A DNA stretch of 64,000 nt from Eledone cirrhosa (Eukaryota). A program made the translations under genes and the position numbers. The notes under the pieces are model-generated. The model was given only the letters and a program-made list of their open reading frames with translations. It did not search any database and was not told where the DNA came from. This document shows positions 41,438 to 54,222 of the stretch, in pieces (position 1 is the first letter of the stretch; each line of letters begins with the position of its first letter). The stretch is taken from positions 12,090,001-12,154,000 of the forward strand of contig OZ024762.1 in assembly GCA_964016885.1 (NCBI GenBank), written 5' to 3'.

Positions 41438-42568
41438 CTCTACAGAAGCAATGTTTTCATTTATGTGTGTCTCTGAACTACTGTCTTCCAAACTCTTTCT
41501 CTCTCCCTCTCCCTCTCCCTCTCCCTAGTCACCATGACTCCCTCTAACCCAGCTACCACCCCACCCCACACCACCCACACTGATAAAGAGAGAGAGAGAT
41601 GTGTGTGTATGAGAGAGAGGTGTGTAAGACAGATGTGAAAGAGAGAGGGATGTGTGAGAGAGAGAGAGAGAGGTGTATAAGACAGATGTGAAAGAGAGGG
41701 ATGTGTGTGTATGAGAGAGAGGTGTGTAAGACAGATGTGAAAGAGAGAGGGATATGTGAGAGAGAGGTGTATAAGACAGATGTGAAAGAGAGAGGGATAT
41801 GTGAGATAGAGAGAGAAGTGTGTAAGACAGAGATGTGAAAGAGAGAGAGAAGTGTGTAAGACAGAGATGTGAAAGAGAGAGAGAGGTGTGTAAGACAGAG
41901 ATGTGAAAGAGGGAGGGATATGTGAGAGAGAGAGAGAGGTGTGTAAGACAGATGTGAAAGAGAGAGGGATATGTGAGATAGAGAGAGAAGTGTGTAAGAC
42001 AGAGATGTGAAAGAGAGAGAGAAGTGTGTAAGACAGAGATGTGAAAGAGAGAGAGAGGTGTGTAAGACAGAGATGTGTGAGAGAGAGAGAGGTGTGTAAG
42101 ACAGATGTGAAAGAGAGAGGGATATGTGAGATAGAGAGAGATGTGACTGCCCTCCTGTGTACCATTTCTCCATCATTGCCAGTAATCAATGTAGCAATAT
42201 GGTGGTTTCTATCTCTCCTCCTCTTTTTCTTGTGTCACACCACCACCATCACCACTACCATTACCACCACCACCTTCACCACTACCATTACCATTACCAC
42301 CACCACTACCATTACCACCACCATCACTACTACCATTACCACCAACACCACCACCACTACCATTACCACAGCCTTCACTATCATCATCACCACTACCATT
42401 ACCACCATCACCACTACCACCACCACTACTGCTACCACTACCACCACCACTACTACCACCACCACCACTACCACCACCACCACTACTACACTAATCAATA
42501 GTTTTATGTTAAACTAAACTTTACACCTAATAACCATCTCCTCATTTAGATATGTCTGTGTCTGTGTG

Positions 42569-42600
<32 letters not shown>

Positions 42601-43254
42601 CTCACAAGACTGACACACCTACATACGTATATATCAGACAGCCACACACACACACACCAGACAGCCACACACATCACAGCCACAGAATCATACACACACA
42701 TGTACAGACAGGCATCAGACAGCCACACACATACATACATAACACACTGCCACACACTTGTAAATGTATAATTTTGGTATACCTGTAATGCCTTGTGGCA
42801 TATTATGTAATGCTGAATCTCCCTGAGAACTATGTTATCAGTGCATGTCTCTAGGGAATGCTTGGACACTTGACCTTTTCATGACCGTATTTCTCATAAA
42901 ACACACTCTATTTTAATTAGTTAATGAAGAATTTTGAGGGATTTACTAAAATTATTAATTAATTCATTACTAAGATAGTAACTTAATGTAGGGTTCTTAT
43001 ATAAAATTATGTTGAATTGGAAACCTTTAAAATGGATGGTTTTATTTCATAGAACCAGAGCTGGTTAAGAGTGCATGTGAATATGGAATGCCCTGTCATT
43101 TACACATGAAATAAATATTACAAGCAGAGCGTTCTGCTGATTGAATCAACTGGAACACTCACCATCAGAAATGATAGAGCCAACAACAGATTCATACACG
43201 ATGATGGAAAAGAAATTGAAAATGCAACTGGAGTCTTTTAAGAATATTTATTTA

Positions 43255-43298
43255 TTTACTTTACCGGTTTCACAGTTCTTATGATTGTCAAAAGTAAA
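43255..43298 (-). ncRNA. Minimal type I hammerhead-like motif, U3:A8 core variant (left arm of inverted repeat)
   Basis: Exact reverse complement of 43943-43986. Confidence 0.65.
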
Positions 43299-43897
43299 AT
43301 TAAGATGGAGGGATTGTGTTTCTGTTGTGGTGCGTCAAAAGTAAAATTAAGATGGAGGGTTTGTGTTTCTGTTGTGGTGCGTCAAAAGTAAAATTAAGAT
43401 GGAGGGTTTGTGTTTCTGTTGTGGTGCGTCAAAAGTAAAATTAAGATGGAGGGTTTGTGTTTCTGTTGTGGTGCGTCAAAAGTAAAATTAAGATGGAGGG
43501 TTTGTGTTTCTGTTGTGGTGCGTCAAAAGTAAAATTAAGATGGAGGGTTTGTGTTTCTGTTGTGGTGCGTCAAAAGTAAAATTAAGATGGAGGGTTTGTG
43601 TTTCTGTTGTGGTGCGTCAAAAGTAAAATTAAGATGGAGGGTTTGTGTTTCTGTTGTGGTGCGTCAAAAGTAAAATTAAGATGGAGGGTTTGTGTTTCTG
43701 TTGTGGTGCGTCAAAAGTAAAATTAAGATGGAGGGTTTGTGTTTCTGTTGTGGTGCGTCAAAAGTAAAATTAAGATGGAGGGTTTGTGTTTCTGTTGTGG
43801 TGCGTCAAAAGTAAAATTAAGATGGAGGGTTTGTGTTTCTGTTGTGGTGCGTCAAAAGTAAAATTAAGATGGAGGGATTGTGTTTCTGTTGTGGTGC
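43287..43897. repeat. 47-bp tandem repeat, 13 near-identical copies
   Basis: Unit gtcaaaagtaaaattaagatggagggtttgtgtttctgttgtggtgc, with no spacers. Confidence 0.95.
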
Positions 43898-43942
43898 GTC
43901 TTGCATCAAACCACAACAGAAACACAAAGCCTCCATCTTAAT

Positions 43943-43986
43943 TTTACTTTTGACAATCATAAGAACTGTGAAACCGGTAAAGTAAA
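43943..43986 (+). ncRNA. Minimal type I hammerhead-like motif, U3:A8 core variant (right arm of inverted repeat)
   Basis: tttactt-TTGACAA-tcataagaactgt-GAAA-ccgg-TA-aagtaaa. This gives a 7-bp stem I, a palindromic stem III (accggt) and a GUA cleavage site; stem II is weak. Confidence 0.65.
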
Positions 43987-44735
43987 TAAATAAATATTCT
44001 TAAAAGACTCCAGTTTCATTTTTAATTTCTTTTCCTTATACTTACACCCAAGTGGAACATCTCTTTTTAAAAAAAAAAACTCATTTTCTTATACATATAT
44101 ATTGTCTTTTCCCTTCTAGCAGGAGTTAGATAAGTCAGCACAGACCTGGCCAGTACTCAAGTGGATCTACTGACCTTCAGACCAGTTGGTGGCCGGCATC
44201 TCACCCATGTACATTCCTTCGCTCTACCAAGTGTATTTTATTGTGGTACCAGCACTAGTGAGTTTGCTATGTCTTTGACACAACTGAAAAGTTCTCCCAA
44301 CCATTCTTTGGCAGGTTTTCTGTGGCTGGTTACCCTTTCTAGTATTTGTAACTGACATGATAAGTGCACCGAGTATACTTTGTGATTGGAAGGGCATCCC
44401 ATTGTAGAAAACTTGCCAAACAAAGCTTTTCAAGGACTTAGCAGCTGTGGGAATGTCTTGTATTTGAGATGAAGGTCCCTGGTTTGCCAGAGAACATGTT
44501 AGAGTGCATGAATGTAAATAAGTGAGATGGAGGTGCTGGGCCCATCTGGGAGGTCAGTGGCATTGCTTCAGTACTGACATGGTCTGTGGTAGTGGCCATC
44601 TGGGAGGTCAGTGGTAGTCTGACATGGTCAGTGAGACTGTCCAACCTTTTCTAGCAGGGCTGTTTAACCCTTTCATGACTGCAACTCTAATGAATTACAC
44701 TCTATTTTAATTAATTAATGTGTGTGTGTGTGTGC

Positions 44736-44767
<32 letters not shown>

Positions 44768-45887
44768 TTCTATATAGATGTGTGTGTATATATATATGTA
44801 TATACAGGGTGTATACACAATTCAACAACATTCTAATCAAAGTGTGTATACATTTTTCGAGGACGACCTGTATATGTGTGTGTATATAAATGCATGTGTG
44901 TGGATATATGTATATGTGTGTGTGTGTATAAATATATGTATGTGTATATAAATGCACGTGTGGATGTATGTATGTATGTATGTATGTCTGTGTATATAAA
45001 TGTATGTGTGTGTGGATATGTGTATGTGTGTATATATATATATGTGTGTGTGTATAAATGTATGTGTATGTGTGTGGGTGTGTATAAATGGATATATGTA
45101 TGTATATAAATGTATGTGAAGCAAATGACAGTCTTATTGATTACTGTGTGATTGATATTGATTGTAGTATGATCTACAAAGAAATGTCTTTGTTAGATAT
45201 TGAAAGACAATACAACAATTTCCTTTCTAAATGAAGTGAATCACAATCCAACCACGACGTCCACGTCTTCCATATAAGGATGTTGGGATATATTCTGTAG
45301 AAATAGAAAAACTGGGGTAACTGGCAATGGTCCTATGAAAACATCCCCCATTTTAGTCCCTTTGTGACCACATTTCTAATGAAATAGATTGTTTGAATTA
45401 ATTAATGAAGAAGAATTTTGAGGGATTTGTTAAAATTATTAATTATTTCATTACTAAGACTAGCAGAAAAGCCACCCTCCGGATGGTTTTCTGCTAGCAT
45501 GTATAGTGTGTATATTGATATTATACACAAATATATATATACACGTAGATATGATACATCAAATAAAATTGTAATTGACAATATAAACAGAAATTGAACG
45601 AAGACTGCGTTACACTGTCTTGTGTAATCAGTAACGTAATCCATTGATGGAAATATATGACTGTTTATTTAACCCTTTAGCATTTACATTACTCTATATA
45701 TACTATTATATTTTCATGGTAAAGGCTTTACCTCGCATAATTATCTCACATAATATCGAATCTATGAGATTTTGAAAGTATTTATTTTGAGAACAATACC
45801 TTAACATCAGTTTGAGCAACCAGTTACAGCCAGTTTCAACAGAAAGAGGTAGAGAATTCTGGCCGGTTTGAACATTAAAGGGTTAAA

Positions 45888-45950
45888 CGATCGCTAACCG
45901 GAAGTGTTGACATTTGAAAATTTTAAAGAAGTGAATCTTAAAATAAGTAA
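45888..45950 (+). promoter_or_regulatory. Candidate promoter with ETS-family motif ACCGGAAGTG (45897-45906), possible REV3L TSS region
   Basis: Consensus ETS site in a small CpG-containing non-repeat patch about 4.5 kb upstream of the REV3L acceptor. Only weak donor candidates follow. Confidence 0.3.
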
Positions 45951-46497
45951 TAGCATTATTTATATTTAATCAAGAATAACAAAATTTAGTAGATAAATTA
46001 TGTAATATTCATTCATTATTTATTCAAAGTAATCAAACTTATTTTACAAATGGGATAAAAAAATATATTCTGGACTCAGTTCCTGCACTCCTTACTTTAT
46101 TGTAGTTTAGATAGTAACTTAACCCTTTGGCATTTAAACCGGTTGTATCTGGCCAAACTCCTTTCCCTTTTTTGAAACCAGTCATAACTAGCAGCTCACA
46201 CTGATGTTATATCATTCTTAAAATATATAATTACAATATTAAAATCTCGTAGACTCGATATTATGTGAGATAAAACCTTTACCATGAATATACTATAGTA
46301 AATATAAAATAATGTATTGTATCTCACATAATATCGAATCTACAAGATTTTGATGGTGTTATCCATTAACATCAGTATAAGCAGCCAGTTACGGCTGGTT
46401 TGAACAGAAAAGGGTGAGAGAATTCTGGCCGGATATGGCCAGTTTCAATGTTAAAGTAATTTCAAGGAATTTCCTATTCCTATGTCTTGCAACCTCC

Positions 46498-46945
46498 TAG
46501 GTGACCTGCTAAACCTACATAGGGTGTCCTGCTAAACCTACACAGGGTGTCCTGCTAAACCTACACAGGGTGGCCTGCTAAACCTACATAGGGTGGCCTG
46601 CTAAACCTACACAGGTGGCCTGCTAAACCTACATAGGGTGTCCTGCTAAACCTACATAGGTGGCCTGCTAAACCTATATAGGTGGCCTGCTAAACCTACA
46701 TAGGTGGCCTGCTAAACCTACATAGGGTGTCCTGCTAAACCTACATAGGGTGTCCTGCTAAACCTACATAGGGTGTCCTGCTAAACCTACATAGGGTGTC
46801 CTGCTAAACCTACATAGGGTGTCCTGCTAAACCTACATAGGGTGTCCTGCTAAACCTACATAGGTGGCCTGCTAAACCTACACAGGGTGTCCTGCTAAAC
46901 CTACATAGGTGGCCTGCTAAACCTACATAGGGTGGCCTGCTAAAC
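46498..46945. repeat. 22-23-bp minisatellite (cctgctaaacctacatagggtgt)
   Basis: About 19 tandem copies. Confidence 0.9.
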
Positions 46946-47349
46946 AAACAGGTGTAAGCTGTAACCTCTACAACATAATAGTAAAACACCTGTGAATCCT
47001 ATCCAATGCCACCTAGTAGATGATTAGCTAAACTTGCAAAAGTACCAGCTATAAATTTCATTAAAACTTTGTTTTTTCCAGTTTGAGATTAACCCTTTCA
47101 TGACTCTATTTTAATTAATGAAGAATTTCAAGGGATTTACTAAAGTTATTAATTATTTCATTACTAAGATAGTAACTTAATGTAAGGTTCTTATATAAAA
47201 TTATGTTGGCAAATTTTGATTTTAATTGGAAACCTTTAAAATGGGTGGTTTTATTTCATAGAACAAGAGCCAGATTTAGCCGGGTTGATAACTAAAGGGT
47301 TAAAACTGTGCTGCAGATGCTGTTTGCTTAACCCTTTACTATTGACATT

Positions 47350-47425
47350 TGCATGAAAGAAGTGAAGAGCAGACTTGATAATAGCGATTTTTCTGATTTT
47401 CATTCAATTTGTGTGGTAGCCATTT
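47350..47425 (-). pseudogene. Mariner transposase fragment (WVPHEL linker region)
   Basis: Minus strand translates as KWLPHKLNENQKNRYYQVCSSLL, similar to the mariner WVPHELNENQKNRR.EVCSSLL motif. Confidence 0.75.
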
Positions 47426-49769
47426 TTTAACCTTTACCATTACATTACTCAATATTTACTATTGTATTTTCACACAGTAAAGGCCTTACCTCACATAATA
47501 TCTCACATTACTCAATATTTATTATTGTATTTTCACTGTAAAGGCTTTACCTCACATACTATTTACATTACTCTATATATACTATTGTATTTTTCACAGT
47601 AAAGGCTTTACCTCACATAACATTTGCATTACTCTATATATACTATTGTATTTTCATGGTAAACACTTTATTTGACCTAATTATCTCACATAATATCGAA
47701 TCTGCGAGATTTTGATATTATTCATGTTGAGAACAATACCTTAACATCGGTATGAGTGACTGTGAACAGCCGGTTTGAACAGAAAGAGGTGAGAGAATTC
47801 TGACCAGATATGGCTGGTTTAAATGTTAATGGGTTAATATATCATCTTTCCTCAGAGATATGTCTTACCAAACCTGGCCAAAAGTGGCTCTGGTTCTATG
47901 AAATATCGGACAAACTGCCTTGTTGTGGTCAACAGTGGTCAGTATAGTGTAACAGCTGGTTTGAACAGAACGAGGTGAAAGAATCCAGCCCGGTTTAAAT
48001 ACTAAATTGTTAACAAATTTCCTCGGCCCTGTAATATATATATTATTATTTCATTGGCAGTATCGGTAGAGGGTCAGACGCCATGCTTTGACGTATAGAG
48101 TTACGGCCCTTGCCATTCTGAGTTCAAATCCCGCCGAGGTTAACTTTGCATTTCATCCTTATGGGTCGATAAAATAAAGTACCAGTAATGCACTGGGTAA
48201 TTGCTGGCCTTGTGCCAAAAGTAGAAACAATTATTATTTCATAGTTATGAGGCCTTATGTTATTTCAGTGTCAAATTTAAAGGGGAAAACAGGTGTTATA
48301 GAACACTTGTAATAAGAAACAAAAACAGGGAGGGGACAATCAAAATAATATCTTACATGAATATGAAGCCCTATTTTGTGCATTAAATGACTAGAAGGTC
48401 CCTTCTATAAATCTACAGCTGCGCTCTCTTAAGTTTCTGTGGCATATATATATATATATATATATCTGTCCAACCCATGCAACTGTGGAAAAAAAGACTA
48501 GCGCCCGAAACGTTAAGGGTCTTTTCCTACTATATCAAGCGTAAAACTAATATATTTCTTCATTGTACTGTGTTGTTTGCTTTGTTATTTGTTTGACTTT
48601 TGCATATATATATATATACACACACTATATTTCTGTATTTGTTTTACAATATTTTTACCATGATATCACTCCTGAAACTAACCTCGTTTTGTGCTACAAA
48701 ATTGGTTTAAGCTGTTTATATCTATCTTTAGAAAAACCTTCCATCATAATTTTATGTAAGAGCTTCTATTAAATTGAGTTCAAAACATCGGATTAACCCT
48801 TTAACATTTACATTACTCTATATATATACTATTGTATTTTCACAGTAAAGACTTTACCTCACATAATATCTCACATAACATTTACATTACTCTATATATA
48901 CTATTGTTTTTTTCACAGTAAAGGCTTTACCTCACATAATATCTCACATAACATTTACATTACTCTATATATACTATTGTTTTTTTCACAGTAAAGGCTT
49001 TACCTCACATAATATCTCACATAACATTTACATTACTCTATATATACTATTGTTTTTTCACAGTAAAGGCTTTACCTCACATAATATCTCGCATAACATT
49101 TAAATTATTCTATATATACTATTGTATTTTCACAGTAAAGGCCTTTACCTCACATAATATCTCACATAACATTTAAATTATTCTATATATACTATTGTAT
49201 TTTCACAGTAAAGGCTTTACCTCACATAACATTTACATTACTCTATATTTACTATTGTATTTTCCTGGTAAATACTTTATCTCACATAATTTTGAATCTA
49301 TGAGATTTTGATGTTATTTATTTTGAGAACAATACCTTAACATAAGTATGAGCAGCCAGTTATGGCCAGTTTGAGGCAAAGACTTTACCATGGAAATACA
49401 ATAGTAAATATAGAATAATGTGAATGGTAAAGGGTTAAGGTGGTGAAACAGCAGAGTAGAACATCAGGTAGAATTCTTTATGGGATTCATTCCGGATCTC
49501 TGCTCTCTGAGTCCCACCAACGTCAACTTTGCTTTTCATCCTTTCGAGGTCGATAAAAAAAAGTACCAGTCTAATACTGGGGTTGATTCTTCCTCTGTTT
49601 CTCTTTCTCATTTCCTCTCTCTCATTTTCTATCTTTCTCTGAAAGAAATCATCTGTATTCAGGCCTGGAGAGCGATGGGCTGCACCAGGCTTTAAATGCC
49701 CAAGAAATACCGTATCACATTTCAGTGCCCCTAAAAAGGAGTTACGGGACCATACATACATATCAACAC

Positions 49770-50340
49770 TTTAAAACCAACAGTTTTGTATTGTAAAACC
49801 AGGGGTGGTTTCTGGCAGTTTGATATCAAACTGTTTAGAGAATAACTTAAAGGTTCTATAAAATTATGATGGAGAGTTTTCAGATGAATCTAAACAGTTT
49901 AAAACCGACAGTTTTGTATTGTAGAACCAGGGGTGGTTTCAGGCAGTTTGATATAAAACTGTTTAGAGAATAACTTAAAGGTTCTATAAAATTATGATGG
50001 AGAGTTTTCAGATGAATCTAAACAGTTTAAAACCAACAGTTTTGTATTGTAAAACCAGGGGTGGTTTCAGGCAGTTTGATATCAAACTGTTTAGAGAATA
50101 ACTTAAAGGTTCTATAAAATTATGATGGAGAGTTTTCAGATGAACCTAAACAGTTTAAAACCAACAGTTTTGTATTGTAAAACCAGGGGTGGTTTCAGGC
50201 AGTTTGATATCAAACTGTTTAGAGAATAACTTAAAGGTTCTATAAAATTATGATGGAGAGTTTTCAGATGAACCTAAACAGTTTAAAACCAACAGTTTTG
50301 TATTGTAGAACCAGGCATGGTTTCAGGCAGTTTGATATAA
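49770..50340. repeat. 128-bp tandem repeat (~4.5 copies) abutting the REV3L splice acceptor
   Basis: accaggggtggttt recurs at 128-bp spacing. Confidence 0.9.
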
Positions 50341-50380
50341 AAAATATTAAAATGTGCTATTTTTCTTCTTTCTTTTGTAG

Positions 50381-50432
50381 GATACAATAATGTTGTAGAA
50401 GCTGTCTGTTAGCAGTCGAAACTGCTAGAATC
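50381..50432 (+). promoter_or_regulatory. REV3L spliced 5' UTR segment with uORF (ATG TTG TAG, 50390-50398) and 7-bp hairpin (50410-50427)
   Basis: An acceptor AG precedes 50381. The uATG-TTG-TAG and tagcagt-cgaa-actgcta are read directly, and the hairpin ends 5 nt before the REV3L ATG. Confidence 0.7.
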
Positions 50433-50556
50433 ATGTTTTCAGTGCGTATAGTCACTGCTGACTATTACGTTTCACCACCCATAGCTGGCCTTGATGCCAA
50501 CATCTCATCGTCGGTTCAAGTTCCAGTCGTTCGTATATTTGGATCTACACCAGCTG
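50433..50556 (+). CDS. REV3L: DNA polymerase zeta catalytic subunit, first coding exon (gene continues beyond the window)
   Basis: Manual translation gives MFSVRIVTADYYVSPPIAGLDANISSSVQVPVVRIFGSTPA(G), matching the metazoan REV3L N-terminus (MFSVRIVTADYYM...GLD...VPVVRVFGATPAG). The exon is bounded by a strong acceptor (ttttcttctttcttttgtag|50381) and a phase-1 donor G|GTAAGT at 50557. No exon 2 (GQKTCLHLHG-like) was seen before 64000. Confidence 0.95.
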
Positions 50557-51930
50557 GTAAGTAATCCATACAACATTTCTCTTTTAACCCTTTAGCATTT
50601 AAACCAGCCGCATCCGGTCAGAATTCCCTCACCTCTTTCTGTTCAAACCGGCTGTAACTAACTAGCCACTCATACTGATGTTAAGGTATTGTTCTCAAAA
50701 ATAACATCAAAATCTCACGGATTCGATATTATGTGAGGTAATTATGTGAAGTAAAGCCTTTACCATGAAAATACAATAGTAAATATAGAGTAATGTAAAT
50801 GCTAAATGGTTAAACCCTTTAATGACCGTATTTCTAATCAAATACAGTCAGTTGTGTGTGTGTGTGCTACTTTACCACATGGTCAATTGACAGATTCTCT
50901 TCACATGGTCATCCACACGATCACTTCAGTCCTGCTGAATCAACATCTTAACCCTTTCATGGCCATATTTCTAATTAAATACACTCCGTTTTAATTAATT
51001 ATTGAAGGATTTTGAGAGATTTACTAAAATTTTTAATTATTTTATAACTAAGGTAGTAAAGGATTTACCTCACCTAATTATGGTTGTAAGTCCAACAACC
51101 TTACCACTAGGCCATGCTAAACTTCCCCCTGGACAAGACGCCAGTCCATTGCAGCGTTAAACTCCCCAGATATTGCTGGTACACATTTTCAGCTGAGTAT
51201 ACTGGAGCAACATGAACTAAAGTATTTTGCTCAAGAACACAACGCTCAACCCAGTCCAGGAATCAAACCCACGACATTATAATTGTAAGTCTAACACCCT
51301 TACCACTAGGCCACACACCACCACCATCATCATTTTTTAACATCCATCTTCCATGTTTGCATGGATTAAACAGGTCTACTATGTCGTGAGAGAAGTCTGG
51401 TTAGTTGGCTGGGTAGCTGGATGCCCTTCCTAACACCAACCATATATATATATACAGTGTGGAACTGGGTGGTCCCATTATGGAGGAAGTTTGGCCAGTT
51501 GGCTGCGCCATGTCTTGCTCATACTGGGGCCATGCTACTGGGTGACTCTGTTACGAGGCAAGTCTGGCCAGCTAGCCACACTGTACCTTGCTCACACGGA
51601 ACTGTATTTTTGGCTGGGATTTTTACAGCAGGATGCCCTTCCTAACACCCACCAGGTTTTAGAGATTTGCCACGGATGAAGCAGAAATATGTTTCCCTAG
51701 AGATCTGGTCAGTAAAATTGTAAACCAAGAGATTTTCAAAACAAGTATTTTGTAAACTGACCTATTTTTCAGAGGTCAATGACCTGATTCTGTATGTGCT
51801 ATATTGTTTGCACACAGACCTTGTGTTTATATATATAAATATATATATGTATACACACACACCTTGTGTATATATATTATAATTTATAAATATATATATA
51901 AACAGATATACAGACACATCTTATATATAT

Positions 51931-51962
<32 letters not shown>

Positions 51963-52171
51963 TTAACGTCCATGTTCCACGCTTGCAATATATATATATA
52001 ATATGTATACACCACATGTTACGCACACTTCGCACACGTGCCTCACAGACACATCCACACCTTATATACACCACATACCACACACCTTATATAAACCACA
52101 CACACCACACACCTTATATACACACCACACACCTTATATACACACTACACACCTTATATATACACCCACAC

Positions 52172-52480
52172 GCAATCGAAAGGTTGTGAGTTCAATTCTC
52201 AGACCGGGTGATGTGTTGTTTCCTTGAGCAAGACACTTTATTTCACATTGCTCCAGTTTACTCAGCTGTAGAAATGAGATGATAGGGACTGGGGTCCCTA
52301 TCATTCCACTGTAAAGTGGTCGTGGAGGTGCCACGTCAAAAAAGCACCCAGCACTCACTGTAAATGAGGTTGGTGTTAGGAAGGGCATCCAGCTGTAGAA
52401 ATCAAGCCAGAATCAGTTCCCGTCCCACCCTTGCAAGCAGGGAAAAGCGGACGTAAAATGATGATGATGATGATGATGAT
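52172..52480 (+). mobile_element. SINE family A in REV3L intron
   Basis: Same family, with (GAT)n tail. Confidence 0.8.
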
Positions 52481-52759
52481 GACACCCACCACCCACCCAC
52501 ACACATTATAAACTCAACTCACATCATTTCTTCAACACTGACACAAGTTATATAGGATTTTTTATGGCAGGTGATTTTACGGTGGGATTCCCTTCCTAAT
52601 GCTAACCCTTAGCATTTAAACCAGCCGTATCTGGTCAGAATTCTCTCACCTCTTTCTGTTCAAACCAGCTGTAACCGGCCACTCATACTAATGTTAAGGT
52701 ATTGTTCTCAAAATAAATAATATCAAAATCTTGTAGATTCGATATTATCATGGTGCCAT

Positions 52760-53395
52760 GATATCTCACATAATATCTCACAATATCTCACATAATACCT
52801 CATAATATCTCACATAATACCTCACATATCTCACATAATACCTCACATATCTCACATAATATCTCACATAATACCTCACAATATCTCACATAATACCTCA
52901 TAATATCTCACATAATACCTCACATATCTCACATAATACCTCATAATATCTCACATATCTCACATAATATCTCACATAATATCTCACATAATACCTCACA
53001 ATATCTCACATAATACCTCATAATATCTCACATAATACCTCACATAATACCTCACATAATATCTCACATAATATCTCACATAATACCTCACATAATATCT
53101 CACATAATACCTCATAATATCTCACATAATACCTCACATAATATCTCACATAATATCTCACATAATACCTCATAATATCTCACATAATACCTCACATAAT
53201 ATCTCACATAATACCTCACATAATATCTCACATAATACCTCACATAATATCTCATAATACCTCACATAATACCTCACACAATACCTCACATAATATCTCA
53301 CATAATACCTCACATAATATCTCACATAATACCTCACATAATATCTCATAATATCTCACATAATATCTCATAATACCTCACATAATGTCACAACA
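52760..53395. repeat. ~11-bp minisatellite (atatctcacat/atacctcacat) expanded from a MITE C motif
   Basis: Directly follows a MITE C 5' part at 52603-52750. Confidence 0.9.
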
Positions 53396-54187
53396 TATCT
53401 TGTAGATTCGGTATTATCATGGTGCCATATTTCAACCCATTATTTGGCAGGTTTTCTATAGATTCCTTTTCTATCACCAACCAGTTTACAGAGTGTACTG
53501 GGTGTTTGGTTCTGTACTTCACCAATAATAGTTTGTGTCATTGTTGTTTTCTAATGGCTGGATACCCTTTCTATCACCAACAGATTTACAGAGTGTACTA
53601 GGTGTATTTATTGTGGAGATCACCAACACTAGGATGCTTGTCATGTCTTGTCTTATACAATAGGTGATGGGGTAATGGTGGTGGTGGTGATGGGGATGAT
53701 GGTGGCAGTGCTAGTGGTGGTAGTGATGGTGATGATGGTGGCAGTGATGGTGGTGGTGATGGTGGTGGTAGTAGTGGTAGTAGTGATGGAGATGATGGTG
53801 GTGATGATGATTGTGGCAGTGCTAGTGGTGGTAGTGATGTTGATGACGGTGATGGTGGTGGTGGGGATAGTGGTGGTAGTGGTGATGATGGTGGCAGTGG
53901 TGGTGGTAGTGATGTGGATGATGGTGGTGGTAGTGGTGATGGTAGTGATGGGGATGGTGGTGGTGATATGAAAATAACATACCTGAAAGTGAATGTGTGT
54001 GTAATATACACATCATCATCATCAATATATATAAAATAATTATTAGTGTTTTAATAATTTGTGTGTGTCTGTGTATGTGTGTCGGTGTGTATGTCTGTAT
54101 GTGTGTATCTGTATGTGTGTGTCTTCTATATTCTATAATAGGTTCATGCCCTCTAATGTTGATTAACTAATTTGCATGAAGCTTAAT

Positions 54188-54222
<35 letters not shown>

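Larger units (their letters stand above)
43206..44035. mobile_element. Long inverted repeat (~125-bp arms, probable inverted Penelope-like pLTRs) enclosing a tandem array
   Basis: 43206-43330 is the near-perfect reverse complement of 43910-44035. A single diverged copy lies at 5969-6160. Confidence 0.7.

Noticed and set aside
43287-43897. CRISPR-like regular array
   Set aside because: Units are contiguous and identical with no unique spacers, there are no cas genes, and the context is eukaryotic.
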